Assembly: GCA_041690935.1 (NCBI GenBank) | Contig: JBEPVP010000002.1 | Span: forward strand, 5,718-69,717 | DNA length: 64,000 nucleotides | From: Rhodanobacter sp. | GTDB taxonomy: Bacteria; Pseudomonadota; Gammaproteobacteria; Xanthomonadales; Rhodanobacteraceae | Direction: 5' to 3' | Shown here: positions 1-9,277 of the stretch, in pieces | Layout of the letters: each line of letters opens with the position of its first letter | Numbering within the stretch: the stretch's first letter is position 1 | Made by a program: the position numbers and the translations under genes | Notes under the pieces: model-generated | The model's database searches: none | Told to the model about the DNA's origin: nothing | The model's input: the letters and a program-made list of their open reading frames with translations, nothing else

Positions 1-111
1 AGCGGAAGATTCCCCTCGTTTTCATCCGACCTGCAACATTGACCAGCCCGCCAGGAAAAGTATCCGCAGCATTCTGGCATGTTTAGCGACGCGCCCAGCC
101 CGTTCGCGCGC

Positions 112-2442
112 TCATGGCAGATAGCCACTCATCGCTGCCGGCCGCGCTGTCACCGCCCGGCCCCAGGTCCGCGCCGGTTCGGCCTGCATGGTGAAATGCA
201 TCGCGCCGCCGGCGACGATCTCCGCATGATGCAGATAGGTGCGCTGCAGCGGCTTGCCGTTGAGCGTCACCGCGCCGACATACGGATGCGCGTCATCCAG
301 CGGCGCCGCGCTGACCGTGAACGTGCGGCCATGGCCCAGATGGATCAGCGCCTTCGCCACGAACGGCCGGCCGATCGCATACTCGTCGCTGGCCGGCGTC
401 ACCGGATAGAAACCCAGCGCGCTGAACACGTACCAGGCCGACATCTGGCCGAGGTCGTCATTGCCGCTGAGGCCGTCGGGACGCGCCGCGTACTGGCTGT
501 CCATGATCTGCTTCAGTCGTTGCTGGGTCTTCCACGGCGCGCCGGCGTAGTCGTACAGATACGCGATGTGATGACTGGGCTCGTTGCCGTGCGCGTACCA
601 GCCGATCAGGCCGGTGATGTCCTCGACGTTCTTGAAGTGCGCCGGGTCGATCTTCGCGTCGAACAGCGCGTCGAGCTTGGCCACGAATTTCGCATCGCCG
701 CCCATCGCGGTGATCAGCCCTGCCACGTCCTGCGGCACGTACCACGAGTATTGCCATGCATTGCCTTCGGTGAAGTCGCTGCCGTAGCCGGCGATCTCGG
801 GGTCGAAGGGTTCGCGGAATTGGCCATTGCTCAGGCGCGCGCGCATGAAACCGGTTTTCGGATCCCACGCCTGGCGCCAGTTCATGGCCCGTTTCGCGAA
901 CGTGGCGGCCACCCCGGTCTTGCCCATCGCCTTCGCCATCTGCGCCAGCGACCAGTCGTCGTAGGCGTATTCCAGCGTCTTCGACGCGCCCTCGGGTTCC
1001 TTGTCGATCGGCACGTAGCCGAGCTTCATGTAGTCGGCCAGGTCGCCATACGGCGCATAGGTGGCGCTGGCCACCATCGCCTGCAGCGCCTTGTCCGCGT
1101 CGAAGCCGCGCACGCCCTTGATGTATGCGTCAGCAATCACCGGCACCGCGTGGTAGCCGATCATGCACCACGTCTCCAGCCCCTGGTACGCCCACACCGG
1201 CAGGATGCCGAACGGGCTGGCTTCGCGCGCGGCGATCAGCGAACGGATGAAGTCGGTGCTGCGCCCGGGATTGAGCAACACCATCAGTGGCTGCTGCGCG
1301 CGGTAGACGTCCCACAGCGACCACGTCGAATAGAACTCGAAACCGTCCGCGCGATGCACGGCGTGATCCGGCCCGCGGTAGTCGCCGTTGACATCCATGC
1401 TCAGCGTGGGCGACAGCATCGCGTGGTACAGCGCGGTGTAGAACAGCGTGCGGGTGGTCGGCGGTGCGTCGACGTCGATCACCGCCAGCGCCTGGTCCCA
1501 GGCGGCTTTCGCCGCGGCATGGCGCGCGTCGAAATCCCAGCCGGCACCATCGTGGTCGAGGTTTTCAATGGCGTTCGCAGCGCTCACCGGCGAGATCGCC
1601 ACCTTCACTTCCAGCGGTTGTTGCAGCTTGCCGAAATCGAACACGCCGACCAGCGCGCGGCCGTTCTCGGCATCGTGATCCTCCGGCTGGTTGCCTGGTC
1701 CCTTGAAGCCCTTGTAGATCAGATTCGTCTCGCGGTCGTACAACTCGCGCGAGCTCATCGGCTGCGAGAAACGCATGGCGAAGCACAACTCGCGCCCCGG
1801 CGCCCAGCCACGGGTGGTGCGGCATCCGGTGACGGTGCCGTCGGCGTGCACGCGCAGGCTGGCCCACAGCACCTTGCCCGGGTAGTCGTAGATGCTCGGG
1901 CGCAGATCCAGCAGCACATGCGCCGGCTTGTTCAGCGGGAACGTGTAGCGATGCCAGCCGACCCGCCGGCCGGCGGTGAGTTCGGCGCGCACGCCGTAAT
2001 CACTCAGCGTCACCGCGTAGTAGCCGGCCTGCTCCACTTCGCTGGCATGGCTGAAGCGTGAGCGGTAACCGCTGACCGGCCTGGTCGCATCGCCCGGATC
2101 CAGCTTCACGTCACCGCTGATCGGCATCACCAGCACGTCGCCGAGATCCGAATGACCGGAGCCGGAAAAGTGCGTGTGCGAGAAGCCCATGATGGTGGGA
2201 TCGCCATACTGGTAGCCCGCCGCCCACTTGTACGCGTGCTTGAAATCCGGCATCGCCGTATCCGGCGACAGCTGGATCATCCCGAACGGTACGGTGGCGC
2301 CGGGAAAGGTGTGGCCGTCGCCACCGGTACCGATGCGCGGATCGACTTCTCCGCCATGTCCGGTGGCCGCTGCGGCGATACCGGGCAGCAGGGACAACGC
2401 CAGCGCGACCGGCAACCACGAGCGAAACAGCTGATGCGCCAT
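112..2442 (-). CDS. GH92 alpha-mannosidase (secreted)
   Basis: Motifs IGTGGDGHTFPGATVPFGMIQLSPDT, GFSHTHFSGSG, FTEGNAWQY, HGNEPSHH, GNDDLGQMSAWY. Sec signal peptide. Start moved to ATG 2442 (GGGGAGG RBS upstream). Confidence 0.93.
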   Translation of the reverse strand: MAHQLFRSWLPVALALSLLPGIAAAATGHGGEVDPRIGTGGDGHTFPGATVPFGMIQLSPDTAMPDFKHAYKWAAGYQYGDPTIMGFSHTHFSGSGHSDLGDVLVMPISGDVKLDPGDATRPVSGYRSRFSHASEVEQAGYYAVTLSDYGVRAELTAGRRVGWHRYTFPLNKPAHVLLDLRPSIYDYPGKVLWASLRVHADGTVTGCRTTRGWAPGRELCFAMRFSQPMSSRELYDRETNLIYKGFKGPGNQPEDHDAENGRALVGVFDFGKLQQPLEVKVAISPVSAANAIENLDHDGAGWDFDARHAAAKAAWDQALAVIDVDAPPTTRTLFYTALYHAMLSPTLSMDVNGDYRGPDHAVHRADGFEFYSTWSLWDVYRAQQPLMVLLNPGRSTDFIRSLIAAREASPFGILPVWAYQGLETWCMIGYHAVPVIADAYIKGVRGFDADKALQAMVASATYAPYGDLADYMKLGYVPIDKEPEGASKTLEYAYDDWSLAQMAKAMGKTGVAATFAKRAMNWRQAWDPKTGFMRARLSNGQFREPFDPEIAGYGSDFTEGNAWQYSWYVPQDVAGLITAMGGDAKFVAKLDALFDAKIDPAHFKNVEDITGLIGWYAHGNEPSHHIAYLYDYAGAPWKTQQRLKQIMDSQYAARPDGLSGNDDLGQMSAWYVFSALGFYPVTPASDEYAIGRPFVAKALIHLGHGRTFTVSAAPLDDAHPYVGAVTLNGKPLQRTYLHHAEIVAGGAMHFTMQAEPARTWGRAVTARPAAMSGYLP

Positions 2443-2480
2443 GAGGCCTCCCCTTGAGCGGTGAATCAGAAACAACCGAT

Positions 2481-2494
2481 TTAGATCGGTTGAA
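2481..2494. promoter_or_regulatory. putative LacI-family operator (TTAGATCGGTTGAA)
   Basis: 11/14 match to the palindrome TTAGATCGATCTAA; about 40 bp upstream of the GH92 start; overlaps an 8-bp inverted repeat CAACCGAT-TTAG-ATCGGTTG (2473-2492). Confidence 0.5.
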
Positions 2495-2641
2495 ATCGAA
2501 CGCTAACACCACCTCCTGGTTCGCACATGCTGCATCGCGCAAACCACTCGCCTCCTCGAAGACGCTTCCGCCAATGCGCGAAATTCGGTCGAGGCAGCCA
2601 CGTACTTCGTGCTGCAGGGGAGTCCGATGGGCATCACGGTT

Positions 2642-4906
2642 TCAGCGAACCAGAATTTCGTCGGCAAACAGCCAGATGTTCTTGTCGCCATCGGGAAACG
2701 TTTCCGGCAGCGAGCCGACCTTGTCCGCCACGACGCGGATGTAGCGTGCGACCACGGGCTTCACCGCGCTGAACTCGACTCGCCGCAGCAACGGCTTCGC
2801 GTCCGACAGATCCGCCCTAGGCTCGGCCACATACCGCTGAGTCCAGCGCTTGCCGTCGAGCGAAACGGAAAATGTCACCCGCTGCGGCAGCAGGATCCTC
2901 GAACCGGTCGCCTGCAGAAATCCCACGTCGATCGAATGAAGTGTCGTGTTCTGCTGCAGATCGATCGTCGCTTCAAGATCGCTGTCGTGCCAGGCCGCCC
3001 AGCGGCCGTCATGAAAATCGTCGCTGCCGCTTACGCCGTCCACCAGCGCGTTCCCTGGCGCATACGCGGAAGAGGCGGGTTTCGTGAAGGCGATGGGTCT
3101 GCCTAGCGCGAAATTGTCCCTCAGTGTGAAGGAGCTCGCGTTGTCGTAACGCAGTCCCCTGCGGAACGGCACCACCTTCAGCGTACCTGCCTGATGCACG
3201 TCCGCGGTATCGCCAAATGAAGGCGATTGTGCGGTCGGCTCCGTGCCGTCCGTGGTGTAGTGGTTCTGCAGATCGTCGAAGCCGCGTTTCGCGTGCAGCT
3301 GCCAACCGTCCCGGTGGGCGTTCACGGTTTCCGAGTAAGTGACCACCGGCTGGTCTTCCGTGCCGTAGGCTACCCGCTGCTGATCGAGCCAGCGGTAATG
3401 GCCCTGCAGGCGATGTTCGAAATCCGCGTAAGCCGCATCGTCGTGTGCACCGCCGCTCCACAGGTTTTCCGCGAAGGCCTGCAGGCGCGGATACATCTTC
3501 GATTCGGCATTGAACGGATTCGCGCGCTCACTCCACAACGGCGCTTCGGCACCCAGAATCTGCGCGCGGTGCGCCGCGAAGACCGCGTCGTCCGCCGGCG
3601 TTGCCGGCGATCCGGGCGATGACGTTCGACCGGCGATATCGGTGCGAAAGATGCTCTGCACGGTCAGTTTTTCCAGCGGCGAATCCAGGTAGAACGGTCC
3701 GGCAATGATGATGCGGTTGCCGTTCAACAGGGCCTTGCGCGCTTCGTCGTCACCCCGCCAGATCTCGATGATCGCACTCGTGTCGGCACCGCCTTCGAGA
3801 ATCTCGTCCCAGCCGACCAGCACCCTGCCCTTGCTGGCGAGATAGCGCTGGATGTATTTGATGAAGTAGCTCTGCAGCCCCTCCTCGTCCTTCATGCCCT
3901 GCTCGTGCATCAGTGCCTGGCATGAGACGCAGTCCTTCCAGCGATCCTTCGGCGCCTCGTCGCCACCGATGTGCACGTACGGCGCGGGAAACATGGCCAT
4001 CACCTCGTCCAGCACGTTCCGCAGGAAGGTGAACGTGCCCTTGTCGCCAACGCAGTCGATATCCTTGAACACGCCCCAGGTCGTCGGCACGATCAGCAGC
4101 TGTCTGGTGCACGAGAGCTCGGGATAAGACACCAGCGCCGCCATGCTGTGCCCCGGCATCTCGATCTCCGGGATGACCATGATGTTGCGCCGGCGCGCAT
4201 ACTCCACCACGTCGCGAATCTGCGCTGGCGTGTAGAAACCGCCATAGCGGCTGCCGTCCGCCTCGATACGCCACGCGCCGACGCTGGTGAGTTTCGGATA
4301 ACGCCTGATCGCGATGCGCCAGCCCTGGTCGTCCGTGAGATGCCAGTGGAGGGTGTTGATCTTGTAGTAGCTCAGCAGGTCGAGCTGCTTCTTGATGAAG
4401 GCGACCGGATAGAAGTGCCGGCTGACGTCCAGCATGAATCCGCGATACGCGAACGCCGGTGCATCGTCGATACGCACCACAGGCAGCATGGTCGATGCCC
4501 TGCCCTCAGGCGGCAGCAGTTGACGCAACGTCTGCACGCCCCAGAACAGACCTTGGTTGGTCGCCGCGCGGATCGTCACTCCCCGCGTTGTCACCGAGAG
4601 CCGGTATGCCTCTTTCCCCTGCACGGACGGATCGATCGCCAGCAAAATGCCGTGTGCGTGACGGCCTTCGGCCAGCTTGATACCCGTCTGCGTGCGGATC
4701 GCATCGCGCAGGAACGAGGCAATCTCGCGTGCACGCGCATCGCCCGGTGCGACGATGCCCGAGTGCGCATCCAGCCGATAACTTCCCTCACCGAGTTCCA
4801 GTCGTTGCGGCTTCGGAATGATCGTGATCCGGGCCTGGGCCGTCGCGTGAGCGCTCGCCATCAGGATGAGCAGGCCGCAGCACCAGCTCGGAAAGGATTT
4901 CAACAT
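2642..4906 (-). CDS. GH20 beta-N-acetylhexosaminidase with C-terminal FN3-like and F5/8-type (discoidin) modules
   Basis: Motifs YRGFMLDVSRHF, HWHLTDDQGWR, IPEIEMPGH, catalytic HIGGDE, LWSE; YTTDGTEPT module; signal peptide. Confidence 0.93.
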   Translation of the reverse strand: MLKSFPSWCCGLLILMASAHATAQARITIIPKPQRLELGEGSYRLDAHSGIVAPGDARAREIASFLRDAIRTQTGIKLAEGRHAHGILLAIDPSVQGKEAYRLSVTTRGVTIRAATNQGLFWGVQTLRQLLPPEGRASTMLPVVRIDDAPAFAYRGFMLDVSRHFYPVAFIKKQLDLLSYYKINTLHWHLTDDQGWRIAIRRYPKLTSVGAWRIEADGSRYGGFYTPAQIRDVVEYARRRNIMVIPEIEMPGHSMAALVSYPELSCTRQLLIVPTTWGVFKDIDCVGDKGTFTFLRNVLDEVMAMFPAPYVHIGGDEAPKDRWKDCVSCQALMHEQGMKDEEGLQSYFIKYIQRYLASKGRVLVGWDEILEGGADTSAIIEIWRGDDEARKALLNGNRIIIAGPFYLDSPLEKLTVQSIFRTDIAGRTSSPGSPATPADDAVFAAHRAQILGAEAPLWSERANPFNAESKMYPRLQAFAENLWSGGAHDDAAYADFEHRLQGHYRWLDQQRVAYGTEDQPVVTYSETVNAHRDGWQLHAKRGFDDLQNHYTTDGTEPTAQSPSFGDTADVHQAGTLKVVPFRRGLRYDNASSFTLRDNFALGRPIAFTKPASSAYAPGNALVDGVSGSDDFHDGRWAAWHDSDLEATIDLQQNTTLHSIDVGFLQATGSRILLPQRVTFSVSLDGKRWTQRYVAEPRADLSDAKPLLRRVEFSAVKPVVARYIRVVADKVGSLPETFPDGDKNIWLFADEILVR

Positions 4907-5052
4907 CGGGAAACCACCTCGGATTCTTTTGAGCGCAGATCAGGCGAACCATTCCATGACGAAAAACAGCGCACCGACCATCGCGATCGAAATGATGCGG
5001 CTTCGGCGTGCGACATGGATCGGGCTCATCGATCATCCGGTACCTGAAACGA

Positions 5053-5083
5053 GAGGTGGCCCGACGCTTTGCCGGGCCACCTC
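5053..5083 (-). terminator. hairpin downstream of TonB-dependent receptor (terminator or mRNA-stabilising stem)
   Basis: 11-bp perfect stem GAGGTGGCCCG / CGGGCCACCTC just after the stop codon; weak U-tract. Confidence 0.6.
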
Positions 5084-5095
5084 GCTACGCATGGA

Positions 5096-7996
5096 TCAAT
5101 CGAGCTTGTAGTCGAGCGTCACCGAGATTTCCCGCCCGTTGTAGTTGGCGTTGTTCAACGTCGGAATAAACTCGAACCCGCCGGCGTAATACGGAATCCT
5201 GCCGACATTGTCGAAGATGTTGGAAACGGTCAGGCCCAGCTTGAGGCGGTCATCGAAGCGATAACCGATGTTGGTGCTCCAGGTGATCCACGCCGGCACG
5301 TGCCCGAAGTACATCGTGCAATCCGCATCGCCCTTGTTTGGCCGAATGCCGTTGGGCAACGAGTTGCAATTGTTGTAATTGGGTGCACGAACCTGGCCGG
5401 TGCGATCACCGTACAAGGTCACGTTCCACGCGCCTTCCCGCCAGTTCACCGTACCGCGTACCTTGCTCGCCGCACGGTCGTAGCGGGTATTGACCAGCGG
5501 ATCGGAGGCCAGCGAGCGTTCCTTGTAGGACAGGTTGTCGGTGTAGTCGATGCTGAGGTTGAAGTTGCCCCAGTTCGCGGTTTTCAGCGCATACGCCAGC
5601 GACGCATCGACGCCGCTGACATACAGCGAGCTCTCGTTGATGGCGCCGCTGTACACATTGGTGATGTTGCCATTGGCATCGCGCTGGACATTGGCGATGA
5701 CCTGTTGGCAATACGCCGATCCCGGCACATGCGCGATATACGGTTCACCGGTGATCAGCTTGCCGGTGCGGCAACCCGCTTCGTCGGTCAATGCGCCATT
5801 CTGATCAATGGTCTTGATGCCGCTGTTGATGCCGATGTGCCAGTAATCGGCCGAGACCGACAAACCCTCCACCCCCGGCACCTGCCAGACTAAGCCATAG
5901 GTCCAGGAATGACCGGTTTCGTTCAGCAGATTCGGGCTGCCGGCCTGGTGCGAGAGGAAATAGGTGTTGTGCTGAGTCGGCTGGCAGGATGTATCACCGG
6001 TGGTGATGCATTGATAGGGATCGGCATAGATGCCGACCTGCGACACCGAGGGGTTCTTGTAGATGTATTGCATGTCCGGTGCGTGGAAGTTGGTGCCGTA
6101 GGAGCCGCGCAGCAACAAGCCATCGTAGGGTCGAAACTCCAGCGAGCTGCCCCAGGTGCGCGCAATGTCCGCCGCGCTGGCATCACGGTATTTGTCCAGT
6201 CGCCCGGACAGGGCCCAGGTCAGCGTGGACAACAGCGGAATGCGCAGTTCCGTGCCGAACGACCCGCGTTGGCGAGTGCCGCCGCCGGTGATGTAATCCT
6301 GGAACGGGTCACCGAAACTGGTGGTGTTGCCGCGCGGATCAGGCGACAGCTTGAAGCCCTGGTGGGCGAATTCCAGCACGGCGGCAAAGCCGACCGGGCC
6401 GGCCCAGGTGCGGAACAGCTCGTCGGTATTCACATTCAGCGAGGCCTGGTCCATCCAGCTCGCAGCGCTGTTCTCGCCGACCACACCGAACGACTGGTAT
6501 TGCGCCGGTGTGATCGGATTCCAGAAGCGTCCCGAATTGAGTGCGTAGACCGGCACCGTATTTCCGCCAACCGTGGTGGTGCCGAGTTGAGGGCCGTAGA
6601 AGAAGTCGAACATGCCCTGTTCGTTGAGACCGGTATAGCGTTCGTGCACGATGTACTTGTTGGTGCCCAGGTTCAGGTCCCAGTTGAAGCGCCCATCCAG
6701 AAACGTGCCGCGCAAGCCGGCGTGGATATCCCAGTTCTGCTCCTTGTCGTGCGTGTTGCCGTAACTGCCCAGTTCCTGCGGGGTCAGCTGCCGGAAGTAG
6801 TCGGTGATCACCTGCCCGCTGGTCTGGTCGTAGAAACCATTGGGCAGACCACCCATCGGATACAGGAACGGCAGCTCGGTATTGGATGTGCCGAGGGTGT
6901 CCCACAACCCGATCGAGCCATAGGCCTGCATGTTATTGCTGAAATCGTATTCGCCGGAGATGTAGGCATCCTTGCTGTCGCTACCAGGCGTCAGCACCCA
7001 GTTGGAGAACAATGCCGGTTGCGTGCAGTAGAAGCCTTGATCCGTGACATCACCCGGATTGACCGTGTGGCCGGTGGTGGAGGCGGTCTTGGTGTTGCGC
7101 AGCGCGAAGTTGTTGCCGAATTGAGCGCAGGCGCCGGCCGGCGGCGCAATGTAGTTGCCGCTGTCATTCGTCATCCTGAGACCGGGATAGGTCTGATAAC
7201 CGAACAGGCGTGCATTCGAATCCCAGGCACCGAAACCCGCGTCGGCTTCCGAATCGGTGTATGGACGATCGCGTCCGTATAACCCGCTGCGATGGGAACG
7301 CTCCAGGTTGTAGACGATATGCCAGTTGTCGCCGGACTTGCCGCCGACCAGATTGAAATCGCCGTAATCGCGCCCGCCACGCGTCGACGAGCCGAGGGTG
7401 AACTGCACGTCGTCGCCCTGGTATTGCTTTTTCAGGATGATGTTGACCACGCCGGCGACGGCATCCGAGCCGTACAGCGACGACGCACCGGTAGCGAGGA
7501 TTTCGACACGGTCGATCATGCCGGTCGGGATATTGTTGTAGTTCTGGAAGTTGGTACTGGCACCACCCGGCTGCGGATAATCACTCACCCGATGACCGTC
7601 GACCAGCAGCAGGCTGCGCCCCGAGCCAAGATTGCGCAGATTGAGCTGGCGCGCATTGACCGAGCTGCTGCCCCAGCTGGGCGCTGTCTGGGCAACGCCC
7701 GTCTGGGTCAGCGAGTTCATCAACTCGTAGACCGTGGTGAAACCTTGCTGCTTGATTTGCGCGCCGGAAATGGTGATGACCGGCGCCGCCCCCTCGATCT
7801 CCACGCGAGGAATCAGCGAGCCGGTGACCACGACCTTCTGCAGCGACACGGCTTTTTTCTGGGCTGTGGTGTCCTGCTGCGAAACTTGCTGATCGGTGGG
7901 AGACGGCGTCGCCGTCTGCGCCAGGACCGGCGGTACAAAAAACGCCAATGCCAGGGAACTGGCAAGTGCGCTGCGGCGAAAACATGTATTGCTCAT
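5096..7996 (-). CDS. TonB-dependent outer-membrane receptor (likely glycan uptake)
   Basis: TonB-box-like VVVTGS; plug motifs NLRNLGSGRSLLLVDG and RVEILATGASSLYGSDAVAGVVNIILK; barrel end GREISVTLDYK. Start set at ATG 7996 (MSNTCFRR signal peptide). Confidence 0.92.
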   Translation of the reverse strand: MSNTCFRRSALASSLALAFFVPPVLAQTATPSPTDQQVSQQDTTAQKKAVSLQKVVVTGSLIPRVEIEGAAPVITISGAQIKQQGFTTVYELMNSLTQTGVAQTAPSWGSSSVNARQLNLRNLGSGRSLLLVDGHRVSDYPQPGGASTNFQNYNNIPTGMIDRVEILATGASSLYGSDAVAGVVNIILKKQYQGDDVQFTLGSSTRGGRDYGDFNLVGGKSGDNWHIVYNLERSHRSGLYGRDRPYTDSEADAGFGAWDSNARLFGYQTYPGLRMTNDSGNYIAPPAGACAQFGNNFALRNTKTASTTGHTVNPGDVTDQGFYCTQPALFSNWVLTPGSDSKDAYISGEYDFSNNMQAYGSIGLWDTLGTSNTELPFLYPMGGLPNGFYDQTSGQVITDYFRQLTPQELGSYGNTHDKEQNWDIHAGLRGTFLDGRFNWDLNLGTNKYIVHERYTGLNEQGMFDFFYGPQLGTTTVGGNTVPVYALNSGRFWNPITPAQYQSFGVVGENSAASWMDQASLNVNTDELFRTWAGPVGFAAVLEFAHQGFKLSPDPRGNTTSFGDPFQDYITGGGTRQRGSFGTELRIPLLSTLTWALSGRLDKYRDASAADIARTWGSSLEFRPYDGLLLRGSYGTNFHAPDMQYIYKNPSVSQVGIYADPYQCITTGDTSCQPTQHNTYFLSHQAGSPNLLNETGHSWTYGLVWQVPGVEGLSVSADYWHIGINSGIKTIDQNGALTDEAGCRTGKLITGEPYIAHVPGSAYCQQVIANVQRDANGNITNVYSGAINESSLYVSGVDASLAYALKTANWGNFNLSIDYTDNLSYKERSLASDPLVNTRYDRAASKVRGTVNWREGAWNVTLYGDRTGQVRAPNYNNCNSLPNGIRPNKGDADCTMYFGHVPAWITWSTNIGYRFDDRLKLGLTVSNIFDNVGRIPYYAGGFEFIPTLNNANYNGREISVTLDYKLD

Positions 7997-8200
7997 GATT
8001 GCTCTCTCCCCGTGAAAACCCGACCTGTCGAATGAAACTCCGCCCCCTGAACCCGACACCGATGAACACCCGCTTGTACCCGCTGATCTGGCGCAACGAA
8101 GCACTCGCCAGGAAAACCTGCGCCACCTTCTGAATCGTCTTGCATGGCCAAAACCCTCTCTTGCAAAGTCGAAGCTGTCGAAACCACTCGATGGACCGGC

Positions 8201-9277
8201 CTACGGCGTGGAGCGCCCGGTCTCGGGCAGTCCATTCCAGATCGCCGGGTCTTCGGCGCCCAGTACCCAGGAACAAAAACCCTGCAGGTCGTACTTCTCC
8301 ACCACCGCATAGCGATCATGAAAAGAGCGGACATCGGGCATGGAAACCCATTCGCGCATCTGGTCGCGATAGAAATAGAACCAGGCTTCGTGCTCGACCG
8401 GATCCCACTGCACGGTCGCGCCGTATTGCCGTGCCAGCGGCATCGATTCGTCGGCGTCGATGTAGTCGGCGGAGATGTTGGAGGATTCCGTGCCGTCCGC
8501 GTGCACCGGGTTGCCGGCGTACCAGTGGTAGCCGTACAGCGGGATGCCCAGCGAGAGTTTTCCCTTCGGCACGACCTGCAGCGCGTACTTCAGGTGCTGC
8601 ATGGTCCACGGCATGCCGGCCACCGGTCCGGGCGTGGTCCAGCGCGTATGCTGGTCGTAGGTCATCAGGCAGACCAGGTCCAGTACCTTGGCCAGCGCCT
8701 TGAGATCATAGGCGCCGCGCCAGTACTCCCACATCCATTTGCTGAAAATGCCGCCGCCGGCATAACCGGGTGCGTTGGGCACCACGGCCATCGATAGTTT
8801 CAAACCCTGCTTGTGCAACGCCTCGGCCGTCTGCTTCGTCAACAACGTCAACGCGTCGCGATCGGTCCAGGCGATGTTCTCGAAATCGAACTGGAACCCG
8901 CTGAAGCCGTGCAGCGTGGCCTGCTCGATGAGCGAGGCGATCATCGCCTGTTTGGCCTTCTCGTTGCCCAGCAACTGGTGAAACGTCGCGCGACCACCGC
9001 CCGATGAAATGATCGGCATCACGGTCACGCCGTTTGTCGTGGCGACCTGCATCACGTAAGGGTTGGGTTGTCCCGACACCAGCCCGCTTTCGTCCACCTT
9101 GTACCAGGTCGGCACCAGCACATCGATCCTGTCGGCGTGGTGCACGAAGGAGTCGATCGATTTCTGCGTATCCACCATGTAGAACAGCGCACTCGGCGCC
9201 CGTGCGTATGCGCCGAGTGGCACGATCAGACACCACAGCACGAACAGGCGTTTCATGATGGTCGTCTGCATCGACAT
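8201..9277 (-). CDS. GH18 family glycoside hydrolase (chitinase/endo-beta-N-acetylglucosaminidase-like)
   Basis: GFSGFQFDFE (DxE acid motif), LMTYDQH, KLSLGIPLYG, WVLGAED; signal peptide; start overlaps the GH29 stop. Confidence 0.85.
   Translation of the reverse strand: MSMQTTIMKRLFVLWCLIVPLGAYARAPSALFYMVDTQKSIDSFVHHADRIDVLVPTWYKVDESGLVSGQPNPYVMQVATTNGVTVMPIISSGGGRATFHQLLGNEKAKQAMIASLIEQATLHGFSGFQFDFENIAWTDRDALTLLTKQTAEALHKQGLKLSMAVVPNAPGYAGGGIFSKWMWEYWRGAYDLKALAKVLDLVCLMTYDQHTRWTTPGPVAGMPWTMQHLKYALQVVPKGKLSLGIPLYGYHWYAGNPVHADGTESSNISADYIDADESMPLARQYGATVQWDPVEHEAWFYFYRDQMREWVSMPDVRSFHDRYAVVEKYDLQGFCSWVLGAEDPAIWNGLPETGRSTP

Noticed and set aside
79-2061. 660-aa plus-strand ORF and similar long antisense ORFs (5909-7282, 22535-24031, 29169-30713, 50816-52231, 60321-62393)
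   Set aside because: They shadow well-supported genes on the opposite strand, lack motifs, and are expected in high-GC DNA.
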